In this document: piece by piece, positions 20,408 to 31,044 of the stretch
Numbering within the stretch: position 1 is the stretch's first letter
Layout of the letters: every line of letters begins with the position of its first letter
IMG/VR virus record: IMGVR_UViG_3300028549_000365
Coordinates: 158,082 to 222,081 of that record
From: a virus
Lineage: Duplodnaviria > Caudoviricetes
Length of the DNA: 64,000 bases
Reading direction: 5' to 3' (one strand)
Made by a program: the position numbers and the translations under genes
Notes under the pieces: model-generated
Seen by the model: only the letters and a program-made list of their open reading frames with translations
Database searches by the model: none
Told to the model about the DNA's origin: nothing

Positions 20408-22552
20408 ATGATTTTATTTAGAGAAGATTGGGCTAAATACCCAGGTGCTATAGTGCACTATTCTACTTCTAATACAACATGGGTTAGGACAGCTGGAATC
20501 TTTCATAAGATGGGAATAGACAATTGTCTATTCCACTTAGCTTTACTTAACCCTGCATTAGAACACGTGGATCCATTTGATCCTAATCTAACACAAAACC
20601 AGATATTAGCTATAACTATAGAGGCTAAAGAAAACCCTTGGTATGCGTTAAGAGAAATTATTAGAGTCCCAGCGGTTGCTGGACCAGATCCTGTAATGTT
20701 AAAGGCTAATAGAGCGAATATAAGTATGTTCTGGTTGTTCTTTAATCATATCACACAGATGCTTATACAACCTAGACAAACTGGTAAATCAGTTAGTACT
20801 GATGCACTTATGATAGTTCTATTTAGTTTATTAACACTCAACACCGATATAAATCTTTTAACTAAAGATGATAACCTTAGGGTGCGTAATGTTACAAGAC
20901 TAAAGAATCTTATTAACGGTTTGCCTTTTTATTTTAATTTAAGAAACAGAGGTGATACTAATAATACAGAGAAGTTAACATTAGGTGGTTTAGGTAATAC
21001 GTATAATACAAATGTACCACAGGCTTCTGAGAAAGCTGCGCTTAATCTAGGTAGGGGGATGACAATTGCTATAAATCATATCGATGAGATAGCGTATGTA
21101 AATAACATACAGATAACATTACCAGCAATGCTAGCGGCTACCGGTGCCGCAAGAGATAGTGCGCGTGAATATGGAGCTCCATATGGTAATATATTTACAA
21201 CTACTCCAGGGTACTTAAGTTCTGAATCTGGTAAGTTTGCGTTCGGTATATATAATGACTCTATGAAATGGTCTGAAAAATTATTCGACAGTAAGAATGA
21301 AGCAGATCTTATATCTATCATACGTAAAAATTCAGCTAGTGGTAAACTACAAGTCGTTCTTGATTATAATCATAGACAATTAGGTTATACAGATGAATGG
21401 TTAAAAGAAAAAATAGAAGCAGCTATGACAGATGGTGAGGATGCTGGTGCTGACTACTTAAATATCTGGGCTGAAGGTTCAGAGGCATCACCTATTAAGA
21501 AAGAACTATTGAAAATTATTAAAGACAGTATAGTAAGAGAACCTTATACTACAGTATCTAAATACAATTATATTACTAGATGGTATGTTCCTGAGGTAGA
21601 TGTATATAATAAACTTTCTAATAGAAAATTAATTATGGCGTTAGATACTTCAGATGCAACTGGAAAAGATGATATAGGTATGTGTATAAGAGATGCAGCT
21701 ACAGGTGAAGTTGTAGCTATAGGTGTTTATAATGAAACTAACTTAATAACATTCTCAGAATGGATATTAGAGTGGCTAATAGACTATCCTAATTTAACTT
21801 TAGTAATAGAAAGAAGATCATCTGGTGCCGCTATTATAGATAACTTAATTAAATTGTTATTAGCTAAGGGTGAAGATCCGTTTGCTAGAATGTTTAACTG
21901 GGTAGTTAATGATAGTGAAGTTAATTCTAAATACAGAGAAGAGGTTACTGGGATATCAGTTCCTAGAAGACCTTCGTATGTTTATGAAAAATATAGACAA
22001 ACGTTTGGGTACGCTACGTCAGGCGGAAGCGGTAGAAATAGTAGAAACTTATTGTATGGAGAAGTATTCAATACATCTATTAAATACACAGGTTCAACGG
22101 TTAGAGATAATACACTTATTTCTCAAATAGCTGGATTAAAAATACGTAACGATAGAATAGATCATGGGGCAGGTGGTCATGATGACGTAGTTGTTGCTTG
22201 GTTATTAGGTTATTGGTTCTTATCTAAAACTAATAATAAACAATTCTACGGACTAGATACACACAAAGTTCTATCAGCTGTATCTAAAGCTATGATCGAT
22301 GAACAAGGTGGTGAAGAAGCAGTTAACAATAAGTTGTATCAAGAAGAACTTAAAGATAATATAGATATCTTATTAGACCAACTGAAAGCGGAGAAATCAC
22401 CTATAAAAAGTTTACAGTTAACTAACAGAATAAAACATCTATACAAAGATGTAGACACTAGTATATTACAACATTTTAATATAGATAGTATGTTAGCAAA
22501 TATTTCTTTAGAGAAACGTAAAACGTATATAAATAATTATAGAGCTGCTTAA
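20408..22552 (+). CDS. terL: Terminase large subunit (phiKZ gp25-like)
   Basis: MILF.EDW.KYP N-terminus, Walker A PRQTGKS, Walker B IDEIA, nuclease acidic motifs ALDTS and HDDVVVAW; 714 aa. Confidence 0.9.
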   Translation: MILFREDWAKYPGAIVHYSTSNTTWVRTAGIFHKMGIDNCLFHLALLNPALEHVDPFDPNLTQNQILAITIEAKENPWYALREIIRVPAVAGPDPVMLKANRANISMFWLFFNHITQMLIQPRQTGKSVSTDALMIVLFSLLTLNTDINLLTKDDNLRVRNVTRLKNLINGLPFYFNLRNRGDTNNTEKLTLGGLGNTYNTNVPQASEKAALNLGRGMTIAINHIDEIAYVNNIQITLPAMLAATGAARDSAREYGAPYGNIFTTTPGYLSSESGKFAFGIYNDSMKWSEKLFDSKNEADLISIIRKNSASGKLQVVLDYNHRQLGYTDEWLKEKIEAAMTDGEDAGADYLNIWAEGSEASPIKKELLKIIKDSIVREPYTTVSKYNYITRWYVPEVDVYNKLSNRKLIMALDTSDATGKDDIGMCIRDAATGEVVAIGVYNETNLITFSEWILEWLIDYPNLTLVIERRSSGAAIIDNLIKLLLAKGEDPFARMFNWVVNDSEVNSKYREEVTGISVPRRPSYVYEKYRQTFGYATSGGSGRNSRNLLYGEVFNTSIKYTGSTVRDNTLISQIAGLKIRNDRIDHGAGGHDDVVVAWLLGYWFLSKTNNKQFYGLDTHKVLSAVSKAMIDEQGGEEAVNNKLYQEELKDNIDILLDQLKAEKSPIKSLQLTNRIKHLYKDVDTSILQHFNIDSMLANISLEKRKTYINNYRAA

Positions 22553-22580
22553 TATATGAGAATAAAAAAGGAGTTATTAT

Positions 22581-22727
22581 ATGTTAAGAAATATTAAATA
22601 CTTTCTAATAGGTTGTGTTCTAGCCGTAGGTTACACTGGGAATAGGTATAAGAAACCTAACGTAGGTTATCAACCCAGAAGAAAAGATGTATTAAAAGAT
22701 CAAAGAGATAAAAAGATAGATAGCTAG
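22581..22727 (+). CDS. Small membrane peptide (48 aa)
   Basis: Hand translation MLRNIKYFLIGCVLAVGYTGNRY...; strong AAGGAG RBS; below the track size cutoff. Confidence 0.5.
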   Translation: MLRNIKYFLIGCVLAVGYTGNRYKKPNVGYQPRRKDVLKDQRDKKIDS

Positions 22728-22748
22728 CACCTTTGGTGCTAGCTATCT
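22718..22748 (+). terminator. Terminator hairpin
   Basis: agatagctagcacc-ttt-ggtgctagctatct, then an AT/T-rich tract. Confidence 0.7.
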
Positions 22749-22790
22749 TATTTATTTAAAACCAGCATATACTATGAATAAGGAGTTATT

Positions 22791-23903
22791 ATGAATAAAA
22801 AGAAAATATCATATGTAGTATTGTCAGATATACATTTGGGTCATGATAATAATAAAACAGATAATATAGTTAATAATCTAAGATATTATTTTAAAGTAAA
22901 TCATAACGCATTTAAAGTTTTAGATGTAATATTCTTAGCAGGCGACTTATTCGATAAACTATTAGTTAATTATTCAGTAGAATACCTATTAATAATGGAA
23001 TGGTTATCGGAGCTTATATTATACTGTAAACATAATAATATTAAACTAAGAGTTCTAGAAGGAACTCCGTCCCACGATTGGAATCAAGCTAAAGCTATTT
23101 CTACAACAATAGATAAACTCAATACAGATATAGACTACAAGTATATATCAACACTTAATATAGAACATATGAGTGATTTAGGTATTAATGTACTCTATGT
23201 TCCAGATGAGTACAAACACAAAGCTTCTGATACATTTATAGATGTTATAAAATTACTTAACGAGAACAACTTAGAAAAAGTAGATATAACAATAATGCAT
23301 GGGCAGTTTAATTATCAATTACCTGTTGCGTTGGAAAATTCACATAACGAAGAAGACTATCTTAATATAACTAAGTATTATGTATCAATAGGTCATATAC
23401 ATAGTTTTAGTGTTTATTTAAGAATAATTGCACAAGGTAGCTTTGATAGATTAGCTCACAACGAAGAAGAAGACAAAGGTGGTGTGTTAATAGATATTTA
23501 TAATACAGGTGACATGCAGTACAGGTTTATAAAAAATACAAGAGCTAAACAATTTTTAACCTATAGTTTAACTAATATGGATATAGAAGAAATAAGAATA
23601 CTATTAGATAGTAAGTTTAAACTTCTTAAGGAACAAACGCATGTTCGGTTAATCGTAGATAGGGACACCAACTTAAAATCTATTTTAACACCTTTAAAAG
23701 AAAAATATATAAATCATATTATAAAAATAGAGTATGTTAAAGATAAAGAAGAAGCTATAGTCACTACTGAATCTAATGTTATAATTAGTTTTAGTATAGA
23801 TAGAAGTAATATAGAATTTTTATTAACAGCAGAGATGGAACAATACAATTTAGATAAGAATAAGATGTTGATATTTAAAGAAGAATTGTCTAGCGTTATA
23901 TAA
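22791..23903 (+). CDS. SbcD/Mre11-like metallophosphoesterase nuclease
   Basis: SDIHLG, AGDLFD, GTPSHD, MHG and GHIH calcineurin-like motifs. Confidence 0.85.
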   Translation: MNKKKISYVVLSDIHLGHDNNKTDNIVNNLRYYFKVNHNAFKVLDVIFLAGDLFDKLLVNYSVEYLLIMEWLSELILYCKHNNIKLRVLEGTPSHDWNQAKAISTTIDKLNTDIDYKYISTLNIEHMSDLGINVLYVPDEYKHKASDTFIDVIKLLNENNLEKVDITIMHGQFNYQLPVALENSHNEEDYLNITKYYVSIGHIHSFSVYLRIIAQGSFDRLAHNEEEDKGGVLIDIYNTGDMQYRFIKNTRAKQFLTYSLTNMDIEEIRILLDSKFKLLKEQTHVRLIVDRDTNLKSILTPLKEKYINHIIKIEYVKDKEEAIVTTESNVIISFSIDRSNIEFLLTAEMEQYNLDKNKMLIFKEELSSVI

Positions 23904-23904
23904 G

Positions 23905-23922
23905 CATATATTATTAATATAA
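23905..23922 (+). promoter_or_regulatory. CATATATTAT early-promoter-like motif
   Basis: catatattattaatataa upstream of 23967. Confidence 0.55.
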
Positions 23923-23966
23923 TGAATGCAATCGCGAAGTATTCATATTAAAAATAAGGAGAGTTT

Positions 23967-24800
23967 ATGTTAGAAAATAGAGATATGACATCATTTGGAA
24001 TATCTATAGGAACTGGTTTAGCGTTAGAGACGTTGTTTAACCCAACTACAGAACGTTATGACAATACAAGATCAGTTGATAAAGTTGACGGTAATAAGTT
24101 CAGTGTACATTATTATAATGTGTATACGTTAGCTAGGAATATGTTAACTAGTCTTACATCTGTTAAAGATAAAGATAAGATAATAAAGAATAGAGATTTC
24201 GTTAATACTCTTAAAGATGAGATACTTATAATTAGCTCTCTTTATACAGGTTTAGATTCTATATTTGTATTATACATTCCAAGCGATATAAAGAAGAAAC
24301 ATCAAGCGTTTAATGTAGATAAAGATAAAACATTAACTAAATCTTATTTAGAGTATAGTTCGTTAGAACGTAGTATTACGGAGCTTAAAATAAAACTAGC
24401 TACTGATAAGATAAACATAGTTGATAAACTACCAGATGTTAATACTGACTTTTTACTGTTTGATCATTTCTTAGTAGATTTTATGGTTCTTAATAATCAC
24501 GCATGGCTATTGGAGTCACATACAGGTAAGGTTAAACCATACAGTAAGCTAAGTAACAAATACCATCCAATAGGTCCAAGAGACTTATCGCACTTACCTA
24601 TGTCACAACTATTATTATATATTCTAGGTGATAAAACTTTAGTTGTACCTCTTAGTATATCACTTAGGATAGAACTGTATAATTTAAGTATAGAGTGCAA
24701 TTGGACACCTAAAACAACTCGTGCTAAGATGTTGATGGATTTTGATAAATCGGAACCTATTAAACAATTTATGTTGAAATATAAATTTAAAACATATTAG
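23967..24800 (+). CDS. Conserved phiKZ-like core protein
   Basis: 277 aa; FGISIGTGLALE, N..TLARN and LLESHTG motifs; lies between the SbcD-like and ChmC-like genes. Confidence 0.55.
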   Translation: MLENRDMTSFGISIGTGLALETLFNPTTERYDNTRSVDKVDGNKFSVHYYNVYTLARNMLTSLTSVKDKDKIIKNRDFVNTLKDEILIISSLYTGLDSIFVLYIPSDIKKKHQAFNVDKDKTLTKSYLEYSSLERSITELKIKLATDKINIVDKLPDVNTDFLLFDHFLVDFMVLNNHAWLLESHTGKVKPYSKLSNKYHPIGPRDLSHLPMSQLLLYILGDKTLVVPLSISLRIELYNLSIECNWTPKTTRAKMLMDFDKSEPIKQFMLKYKFKTY

Positions 24801-24804
24801 TACT

Positions 24805-25491
24805 ATGAATATAAAAATTAAGGAGAATAGAATGGCTTACATACCAGGATCAACAGCCCCCGTTAAAAGAGCAAAGTTCATACCACTAGCGTTAAGAACA
24901 GATTATGAAGGTGAAGAAGATTGGGCGACACTAAGTTGGACATTAAGAATGGGTTACCCTAGATGTGAAGTTTATACTTCCAACAAAAGAAGAGAACCAG
25001 GTGTTCCTATGGATTATAACACGAGTTTAACAGCTTCGTTAGACATACTAAGTCTAACTACATTTATAGATAAAGCTGTTAAAGTAGTTGAAGAGGGTAA
25101 ACCAGGTGCACAGATAGGTATAAACTGTTATACTGTTAAATATGAAAACAATGTTAAAACAAATGATGTCATATTGCAAAGTAAACTTGTTTTTGGTAAA
25201 GATGACGCAGGTATATGTTACTTAGCAGTACTAGCTGAAGGTAAACGTAAAGTTAAATTTAGTATTTTACCTAATGCTAAATTTGTAAAGTTTGTAAAAG
25301 AAGATGGTCAGCTTGAAATAGATGTTGTTAAAATGTCTAAAGAACACGCAATAACGTATTTAAGTTTTCTTAAGACTCTATTAAAAACAGAAGGTATTAC
25401 GGATAACTTACAAACTACGTTCCAAGATAGAAAGGGTAACGACGTAGCGACTAGTAAATTATCGGAAGATGGTATTGAAAATATATTTTAG
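24805..25491 (+). CDS. Probable ChmC-like (Whirly-fold) phage-nucleus RNA-binding protein
   Basis: 228 aa; beta-beta-beta-alpha repeat pattern with a low-complexity tail; directly upstream of the gp68-like gene as in Chimalliviridae. Assignment is mainly by synteny. Confidence 0.5.
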   Translation: MNIKIKENRMAYIPGSTAPVKRAKFIPLALRTDYEGEEDWATLSWTLRMGYPRCEVYTSNKRREPGVPMDYNTSLTASLDILSLTTFIDKAVKVVEEGKPGAQIGINCYTVKYENNVKTNDVILQSKLVFGKDDAGICYLAVLAEGKRKVKFSILPNAKFVKFVKEDGQLEIDVVKMSKEHAITYLSFLKTLLKTEGITDNLQTTFQDRKGNDVATSKLSEDGIENIF

Positions 25492-25514
25492 TTAGTAGGA
25501 AATTCCTACTAACT
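25490..25514. terminator. Hairpin at gene end
   Basis: agttagtaggaa-a-ttcctactaact. Confidence 0.55.
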
Positions 25515-25552
25515 GGGATATTTGTTAACGTTAACGTCAAATGATATATAAG

Positions 25553-25570
25553 CATATATTATTAATGTAG
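25553..25570 (+). promoter_or_regulatory. CATATATTAT early-promoter-like motif
   Basis: catatattattaatgtag upstream of 25611. Confidence 0.55.
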
Positions 25571-25610
25571 TGAGTATAATTGCAAAATACTTACAACTAA
25601 AGGAGACAAC

Positions 25611-27161
25611 ATGTTTGAACTGATGAACGTGACTAATAAGCATCCGCTTATGATAAAAATAGAGCACGATTTAAGAAAAGTGGAGTTTGTTATAAGTAGT
25701 ATAATAAACAAAAGAAATAAAGAAGACATAGATCCAGAGACACAGTTTGTTTTACTAGAGTCATACATTAACTATAAAGGTAATGATTTCAAAACAGAAT
25801 TGTTTAAAAGATATATGATAGCTGATACAGAGATAACTAGTTCAGTTATGTCACAAGGTTTACATCCTATGCCTATAAAATGTATTCATGACATTATAGA
25901 GATGTTTGATGAGTTAGATGTATATCATTACATAAAAGAAGTTTATAAGCTTCAAGCTCCTGGTATACTAGCTGATGTTTTTGACGAACAATTAGAGCTA
26001 GATGGAAGAGTAACTAGAGTTCAAACTTATATAAAAAGTGATTACTACGAGTTAGCTACAGTCTCGCTTATATTAAAATCAGTTATAGGACCTATAGGTT
26101 ATTTTGGATATCTTAAAGATTCTGAAATAAATTCTAAACATAAAGAGTACATCTTATTTAGATTGTTAAATAAGCATAGACTTAATAGTTCAGCTCCTGT
26201 TAACAAAGTAAAGGGTTTGATTATAAAGCTTATTGAGATAGCTATGAGAGATGAGAAGATAGCTGCTACTACTGTTATTGAAAAAGGTATATCGTTAAGT
26301 CAGTTACCTAACTATGTAACGGCGGCTACTTTACTTAAAAAGATAGCTATGGCTGATTTGATTAATGATAATAGAAATGGTGGTGACAAGAATATAGTTA
26401 CCAGAATGTATAACTTTATTATAAACGAATTGAGTACAAAAGATGATGCTAAGAATCGTATAGGAGATAAAATAGCTTTAACAGATAGTGATAGTGGCGA
26501 TAGAGAATCTATAGCAGAAAGTTATAGAATAGTTACAGCTTTAACTGTCGGTGATAAAACAGAGTTAGATTGGTCTTGCAAGTACGCTAACAGAGTAATA
26601 CAAGCTATGCCTATTGAATTAGATACAGCTACGTTTAACGACGCTAAAGAGTTTTGTAAAGCGTTATTAGATAGTGAGTTACCGTTAGTACAACTTTCAG
26701 TAATAGGTAATATATTTAAACACTATATAGATCCTAGAGGGTTGGATTATATATCCAGTGATTCTTTACTAAATCTATTCGCTATAGGATTTGCTTATTT
26801 AAACAAATTAGGGTTTACTCAACTAGCTATATGGCTAACTTCAAGATCTGTTCCTGTAGACTCTAGTACACTAACAATCTCTTCTACTGTTAATAGAAAT
26901 AGAATTTCTAAAGAACTTAAAGATGAATTAAACGTTTATTTCCCTTACAATAGGGTTATAAACTCAGAAAAGCAAGTTAATATAGCTGAAGAGTGGGTTA
27001 ATGACGCAACTAATGATATTTTAGCTAGACGTTGGTTAACAACAGCGTATCCTAAGTATTTAGAATCACAAACATCAACAGTATTTAGTATACCACAAGA
27101 TATAAAGATACTGTTAGCGCAATACATAGTAACTAATGAAAAGTTACATACAAAAAATTAA
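25611..27161 (+). CDS. Non-virion RNAP promoter-specificity subunit (phiKZ gp68-like)
   Basis: 516 aa helical protein; size and position three genes upstream of the nvRNAP beta-C gene match gp68; TY..SDY.EL and NIVT..YNF motifs. Confidence 0.65.
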   Translation: MFELMNVTNKHPLMIKIEHDLRKVEFVISSIINKRNKEDIDPETQFVLLESYINYKGNDFKTELFKRYMIADTEITSSVMSQGLHPMPIKCIHDIIEMFDELDVYHYIKEVYKLQAPGILADVFDEQLELDGRVTRVQTYIKSDYYELATVSLILKSVIGPIGYFGYLKDSEINSKHKEYILFRLLNKHRLNSSAPVNKVKGLIIKLIEIAMRDEKIAATTVIEKGISLSQLPNYVTAATLLKKIAMADLINDNRNGGDKNIVTRMYNFIINELSTKDDAKNRIGDKIALTDSDSGDRESIAESYRIVTALTVGDKTELDWSCKYANRVIQAMPIELDTATFNDAKEFCKALLDSELPLVQLSVIGNIFKHYIDPRGLDYISSDSLLNLFAIGFAYLNKLGFTQLAIWLTSRSVPVDSSTLTISSTVNRNRISKELKDELNVYFPYNRVINSEKQVNIAEEWVNDATNDILARRWLTTAYPKYLESQTSTVFSIPQDIKILLAQYIVTNEKLHTKN

Positions 27162-27170
27162 GGAGAAAGA

Positions 27171-28631
27171 ATGCAACATATAAACCCACAATACATACCA
27201 TCACCAGGAACTAGAATAAGAAGATTTGTAGCTGTACCTACAAAAAGAAGTTATAACGATATTTATCAAAGATCGTTTGAAGTTAAAGCTAACTATAATG
27301 ATTTAACTAAATTAGAATCAATATTTGCACAACATAATGTACATAACAATCAACCTTTAACAGATTTAACATTAGCTATGTGTATGCCTGAAGTTATGTC
27401 TATAAGCGATCACACAACGGGTAAAGTAGAAATACCTTACGGTTGGGGTACACAACGTTTAAGATTTCTTATGGAAGTAGAAACAGATCTAGGTGGTATG
27501 ATAATCTCATCTTACTTGCAAGGTTACTCAGAGTACAGTGACCCATCTATGTTCGGAAAAGTTGATCCTAATATGAATTTCTACATTAATGGTTTAACTG
27601 TAGTTCATAGGATGATTGATCCTATTACGCATCAACAAGTAGTTGTTCCTAAAACATCGTATAATGTTGTAACTGACTTAGCTGGTGGTGCTAGATATTC
27701 TGAAGTAGATTTATTTAATAGTACAAGTAATAACTTAAAATTGGTTAGACCAGTTGATGTACTAGAAGATATTCAGATGGGAGAGATGTATGGAAATACA
27801 CCTACATACAACACAACAGGTTCTATAGGTAATGGTGCTAACTTGTCAGCTAGAGCTAATAATGATAGTATAAAATATTTTACTAAAACTATTAATGGAA
27901 TTATAACTGGTAAAGCATTAACTGGTAACAATGAAGATATGACTAACGTTATGTCAAATGCAGTAGGTCAAGTTACAGAAGATATGCTTAATGACAATCC
28001 ATTTATATCAGAATTAGGTAGGATTACTGGTGAAATAACACCTACGTCATTCACACTAAATGTTCTAGATAAGATGGATCCTAATGTTGTATTAGATATG
28101 GTAGGTGGTTCTAATAGTATAGGTATTGTAGATTTTACACATGCTATATTAGATACAGAACACACAGCTGCTATGTTACAACCAACTATTGAAACTAAGA
28201 TAGCTACACTAGTTGCGCATAGTATGTCATCTATGTTAGCTGAAAATATGTTAACTGGTATAAGTTTGTCAATGACTAATATGTCAGGTATGGCAGTAGC
28301 TGGTTATACTAAAATAGAATCATTCATACCAGGTGTTAATCACATAGCGTACGTTAATAAACTACTAGCAAGAGTAGAAAATATACTTATGCCTGAGATA
28401 ACTTATAACAATCAGCTACTAGTTGAGATACATGTTATTGCAGATTTAATAGGAGACACAACAGTGGCAGTTTCTCTCAATATGCAACCACTTGTACCTT
28501 TCAGGTTCCCTACGTTTTCAGATGGTCTTTATACACCAGTTATATCTGATACAGCCCACAGAGCGTTGTTATCAAACAACATAGGTAATATTATAGATAA
28601 AACATATAATAGTAACCAACCACAATATTAA
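27171..28631 (+). CDS. Probable PicA/Imp1 (phiKZ gp69-like) phage-nucleus protein import factor
   Basis: 486 aa between the gp68-like and gp70-like genes; GW...R.RF.MEVE, L.RP.D and P.F.D.LYTPV motifs. Assignment by synteny and recalled motifs. Confidence 0.6.
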   Translation: MQHINPQYIPSPGTRIRRFVAVPTKRSYNDIYQRSFEVKANYNDLTKLESIFAQHNVHNNQPLTDLTLAMCMPEVMSISDHTTGKVEIPYGWGTQRLRFLMEVETDLGGMIISSYLQGYSEYSDPSMFGKVDPNMNFYINGLTVVHRMIDPITHQQVVVPKTSYNVVTDLAGGARYSEVDLFNSTSNNLKLVRPVDVLEDIQMGEMYGNTPTYNTTGSIGNGANLSARANNDSIKYFTKTINGIITGKALTGNNEDMTNVMSNAVGQVTEDMLNDNPFISELGRITGEITPTSFTLNVLDKMDPNVVLDMVGGSNSIGIVDFTHAILDTEHTAAMLQPTIETKIATLVAHSMSSMLAENMLTGISLSMTNMSGMAVAGYTKIESFIPGVNHIAYVNKLLARVENILMPEITYNNQLLVEIHVIADLIGDTTVAVSLNMQPLVPFRFPTFSDGLYTPVISDTAHRALLSNNIGNIIDKTYNSNQPQY

Positions 28632-28641
28632 GGAGAAATAA

Positions 28642-30039
28642 ATGAGTATAGTAAAGTTTTATACAAGATTAGTACAATCTATAGGTATGGATGTTAGTGA
28701 TGATGGGTTCATAATGTTTGATGATGAACAAGTTATGGTAAAGAATTCTTTACCTCTTGTAATGCCGACAACCGCACATATCAACTCTACAATTAGTGAA
28801 ACACCAGATGGTGGGATAGAGATAAATAAAGTTATCTATAATCCTATAAATGAAGATGTTGTTAAAGGTGATAGCGAGTCTCTTAAAATAACTAAGATGT
28901 TTATAGAAGATAGATTAGCTAGAACTATAACTGCAGCTGGTGCTATGCTATTAGAATTAGCTAGAAACGAAAAGTTACAAAGTAAAACATCTATGGAACT
29001 TAATAACTTCCTTATGAGTCTTAATGACGCTAAAAATAAAGATGTTGATAAAGTAGTTGATGAGAAGTCTATAGATAGTTGGATAAAGTTACCTACTAAA
29101 ATGTTAAAAGATAACGTTAAACCAGTTACAATCTTTCTCAAAAAGTTAGGTGTTATGGACAGTGTAAAATTCAATCGACTAGCTACAACTAAGTTTGAGT
29201 TGTATGACGCTTTGATGGAGAACACATCCACTAACGATGCTGTGTTAGGTACGAAACTAAGAGGTAAAGATATAAGAGTATTTAAACTATTGTTCAAATA
29301 TCTTGTGCCTGATTTAGAAGAGCATAGTAAAATACAAATAGGTTCTAATGACGGTGAATCACCCGCGTTTATAGCTCTTATGAAGACATATCTAAAAGTT
29401 ATGCCGCATCTTACTAAGACTATTAAAAGTCTTAAAGATATCTCAGAAGAACTTTATGACGGTGCTTATGTAAGTATACTTATAAAAGATAATGAACTAG
29501 ATACATTATCACAGTATAAAACAGATTTACTTATGATACCATCTGAGTTAGATACTAATAGAAAGAAAGTAGTTGTTACTATGGAAAAACCACAACCAGT
29601 TGTGCAACAACAACAAAACTATCCGTATCAACAACCAACTCAACAAGTTGTTCAACAACAGGTGCAAGAAGATCCAACAAGAGCACTTCTTAACAAGGTT
29701 CTATATGGTAGTGGTGTAAATCTAGTAACTCCAGTTATTCAACAACAAGTTGCTCAACCTGTACAGCAATATTTACCACAACAGTATATGCAACCACAAC
29801 AACAGCAACAAGTTCCTATGGGACTATCTAGTATGATGTCCCCACAAATGCAACAACCGCAGCAATACTTGCCTCAACAAGGTTATGCTGTACAACAACC
29901 ACAATATTACGGACAACCACAACAGCCACAATATTATGGTCAACCACAACAACCTATGTACCCGACGATGCAAGGTAACTATAACCCGTATCCTCAAGTA
30001 CAACCAGGTGGAGTAAACACTGGAAACATTTTTAGATAA
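28642..30039 (+). CDS. phiKZ gp70-like core protein with a Gln/Pro/Tyr-rich C-terminal tail
   Basis: 465 aa; LV.PT...I and .NP..E motifs; the last ~140 aa are Q/P/Y low complexity. Confidence 0.55.
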   Translation: MSIVKFYTRLVQSIGMDVSDDGFIMFDDEQVMVKNSLPLVMPTTAHINSTISETPDGGIEINKVIYNPINEDVVKGDSESLKITKMFIEDRLARTITAAGAMLLELARNEKLQSKTSMELNNFLMSLNDAKNKDVDKVVDEKSIDSWIKLPTKMLKDNVKPVTIFLKKLGVMDSVKFNRLATTKFELYDALMENTSTNDAVLGTKLRGKDIRVFKLLFKYLVPDLEEHSKIQIGSNDGESPAFIALMKTYLKVMPHLTKTIKSLKDISEELYDGAYVSILIKDNELDTLSQYKTDLLMIPSELDTNRKKVVVTMEKPQPVVQQQQNYPYQQPTQQVVQQQVQEDPTRALLNKVLYGSGVNLVTPVIQQQVAQPVQQYLPQQYMQPQQQQQVPMGLSSMMSPQMQQPQQYLPQQGYAVQQPQYYGQPQQPQYYGQPQQPMYPTMQGNYNPYPQVQPGGVNTGNIFR

Positions 30040-30048
30040 TAAAAGTAT

Positions 30049-30084
30049 ATAAGACACAGCAATTAAGCTGTGTCTTATTTTTTT
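30049..30084. terminator. Terminator between convergent genes
   Basis: ataagacacagc-aattaa-gctgtgtcttat followed by a T-run. Confidence 0.75.
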
Positions 30085-30406
30085 ACCCCATAAACATCTC
30101 GTAATAGTAAGCTAAAACTCTGTTATCTATTATTTTTATAACTAGTTTATCGCCAGTGTACTCACGACTACTATTATAACCATTTACTCTCATAGTTGGA
30201 TATCTAAACTTTATATCAATACCAAGATATTCCAGCAATCCCTCCATATCGTATCTGTATTTCTCTGCAATTACTCCAGTTAGAATGTTTTCTGTAGTTA
30301 TGTTATACGTTAACATATCTTCAACTACACTATTCCACTTATTTATCATATCAGCGTTTATATAAACGTTATTATTAATCTCTTCAGACAGTATCTTTAT
30401 TCCCAT
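30083..30406 (-). CDS. Conserved phiKZ-like small protein
   Basis: 107 aa; KY.YD..GLL..LGI and MRVNG motifs; AGGAG RBS. Confidence 0.6.
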   Translation of the reverse strand: MGIKILSEEINNNVYINADMINKWNSVVEDMLTYNITTENILTGVIAEKYRYDMEGLLEYLGIDIKFRYPTMRVNGYNSSREYTGDKLVIKIIDNRVLAYYYEMFMG

Positions 30407-30490
30407 GGCATAACTCCTTATCTCTCACTTAAACTTATTTTTTTATAAGATACAATTAATAGAACACATGGAAACCTAATATAGTTTAAC

Positions 30491-30508
30491 CATATATTAT
30501 TTATATAA
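30491..30508 (+). promoter_or_regulatory. CATATATTAT early-promoter-like motif
   Basis: catatattatttatataa upstream of 30544 and the nvRNAP operon. Confidence 0.55.
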
Positions 30509-30543
30509 GTGTACATACACTAAATAAACATAAGGAATCGGAA

Positions 30544-31035
30544 ATGAGTAAGTTAAAAGTAATCACATATTTAAACGAAGTAATAACGTTAAATATAGAT
30601 AGTACTGAAATAAACGCCAATAAGGTAATTACATTTGCACAACATCAAGGTAGAGCTGTAGTGTCATTTCATACTGAAGAAGATAGTTATAATGTAATAT
30701 TAAATTCTGAAACGTATGGTGAAGTCACTAGAGTAGGACTATTGAAAGATAGACCAGTAGTCTTTACTTCAGATAACAAAATATTACATCTATCAAAACT
30801 AGGTGTATTGGCAACAAGTGAAATGCCTATAGATACAGATATTGTAACAACAGGAGGAGGAAAAATAGCTATAGGAAATAAACTAGTTAAACTTATTGTA
30901 TCAATAGGTGATGATGGAGAATTTGTTTATGACGAAATAACTAGAACACGTTTTGAAAGTTTGTATAAAAACTCCACAGTTACGAAAGCTGTATATAAAA
31001 ACAATAATATTGTATTAGATCTATACGATATATAA
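30544..31035 (+). CDS. Hypothetical beta-rich protein
   Basis: 163 aa ORF with AAGGA RBS. Confidence 0.65.
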   Translation: MSKLKVITYLNEVITLNIDSTEINANKVITFAQHQGRAVVSFHTEEDSYNVILNSETYGEVTRVGLLKDRPVVFTSDNKILHLSKLGVLATSEMPIDTDIVTTGGGKIAIGNKLVKLIVSIGDDGEFVYDEITRTRFESLYKNSTVTKAVYKNNNIVLDLYDI

Positions 31036-31044
31036 AGGATATTC

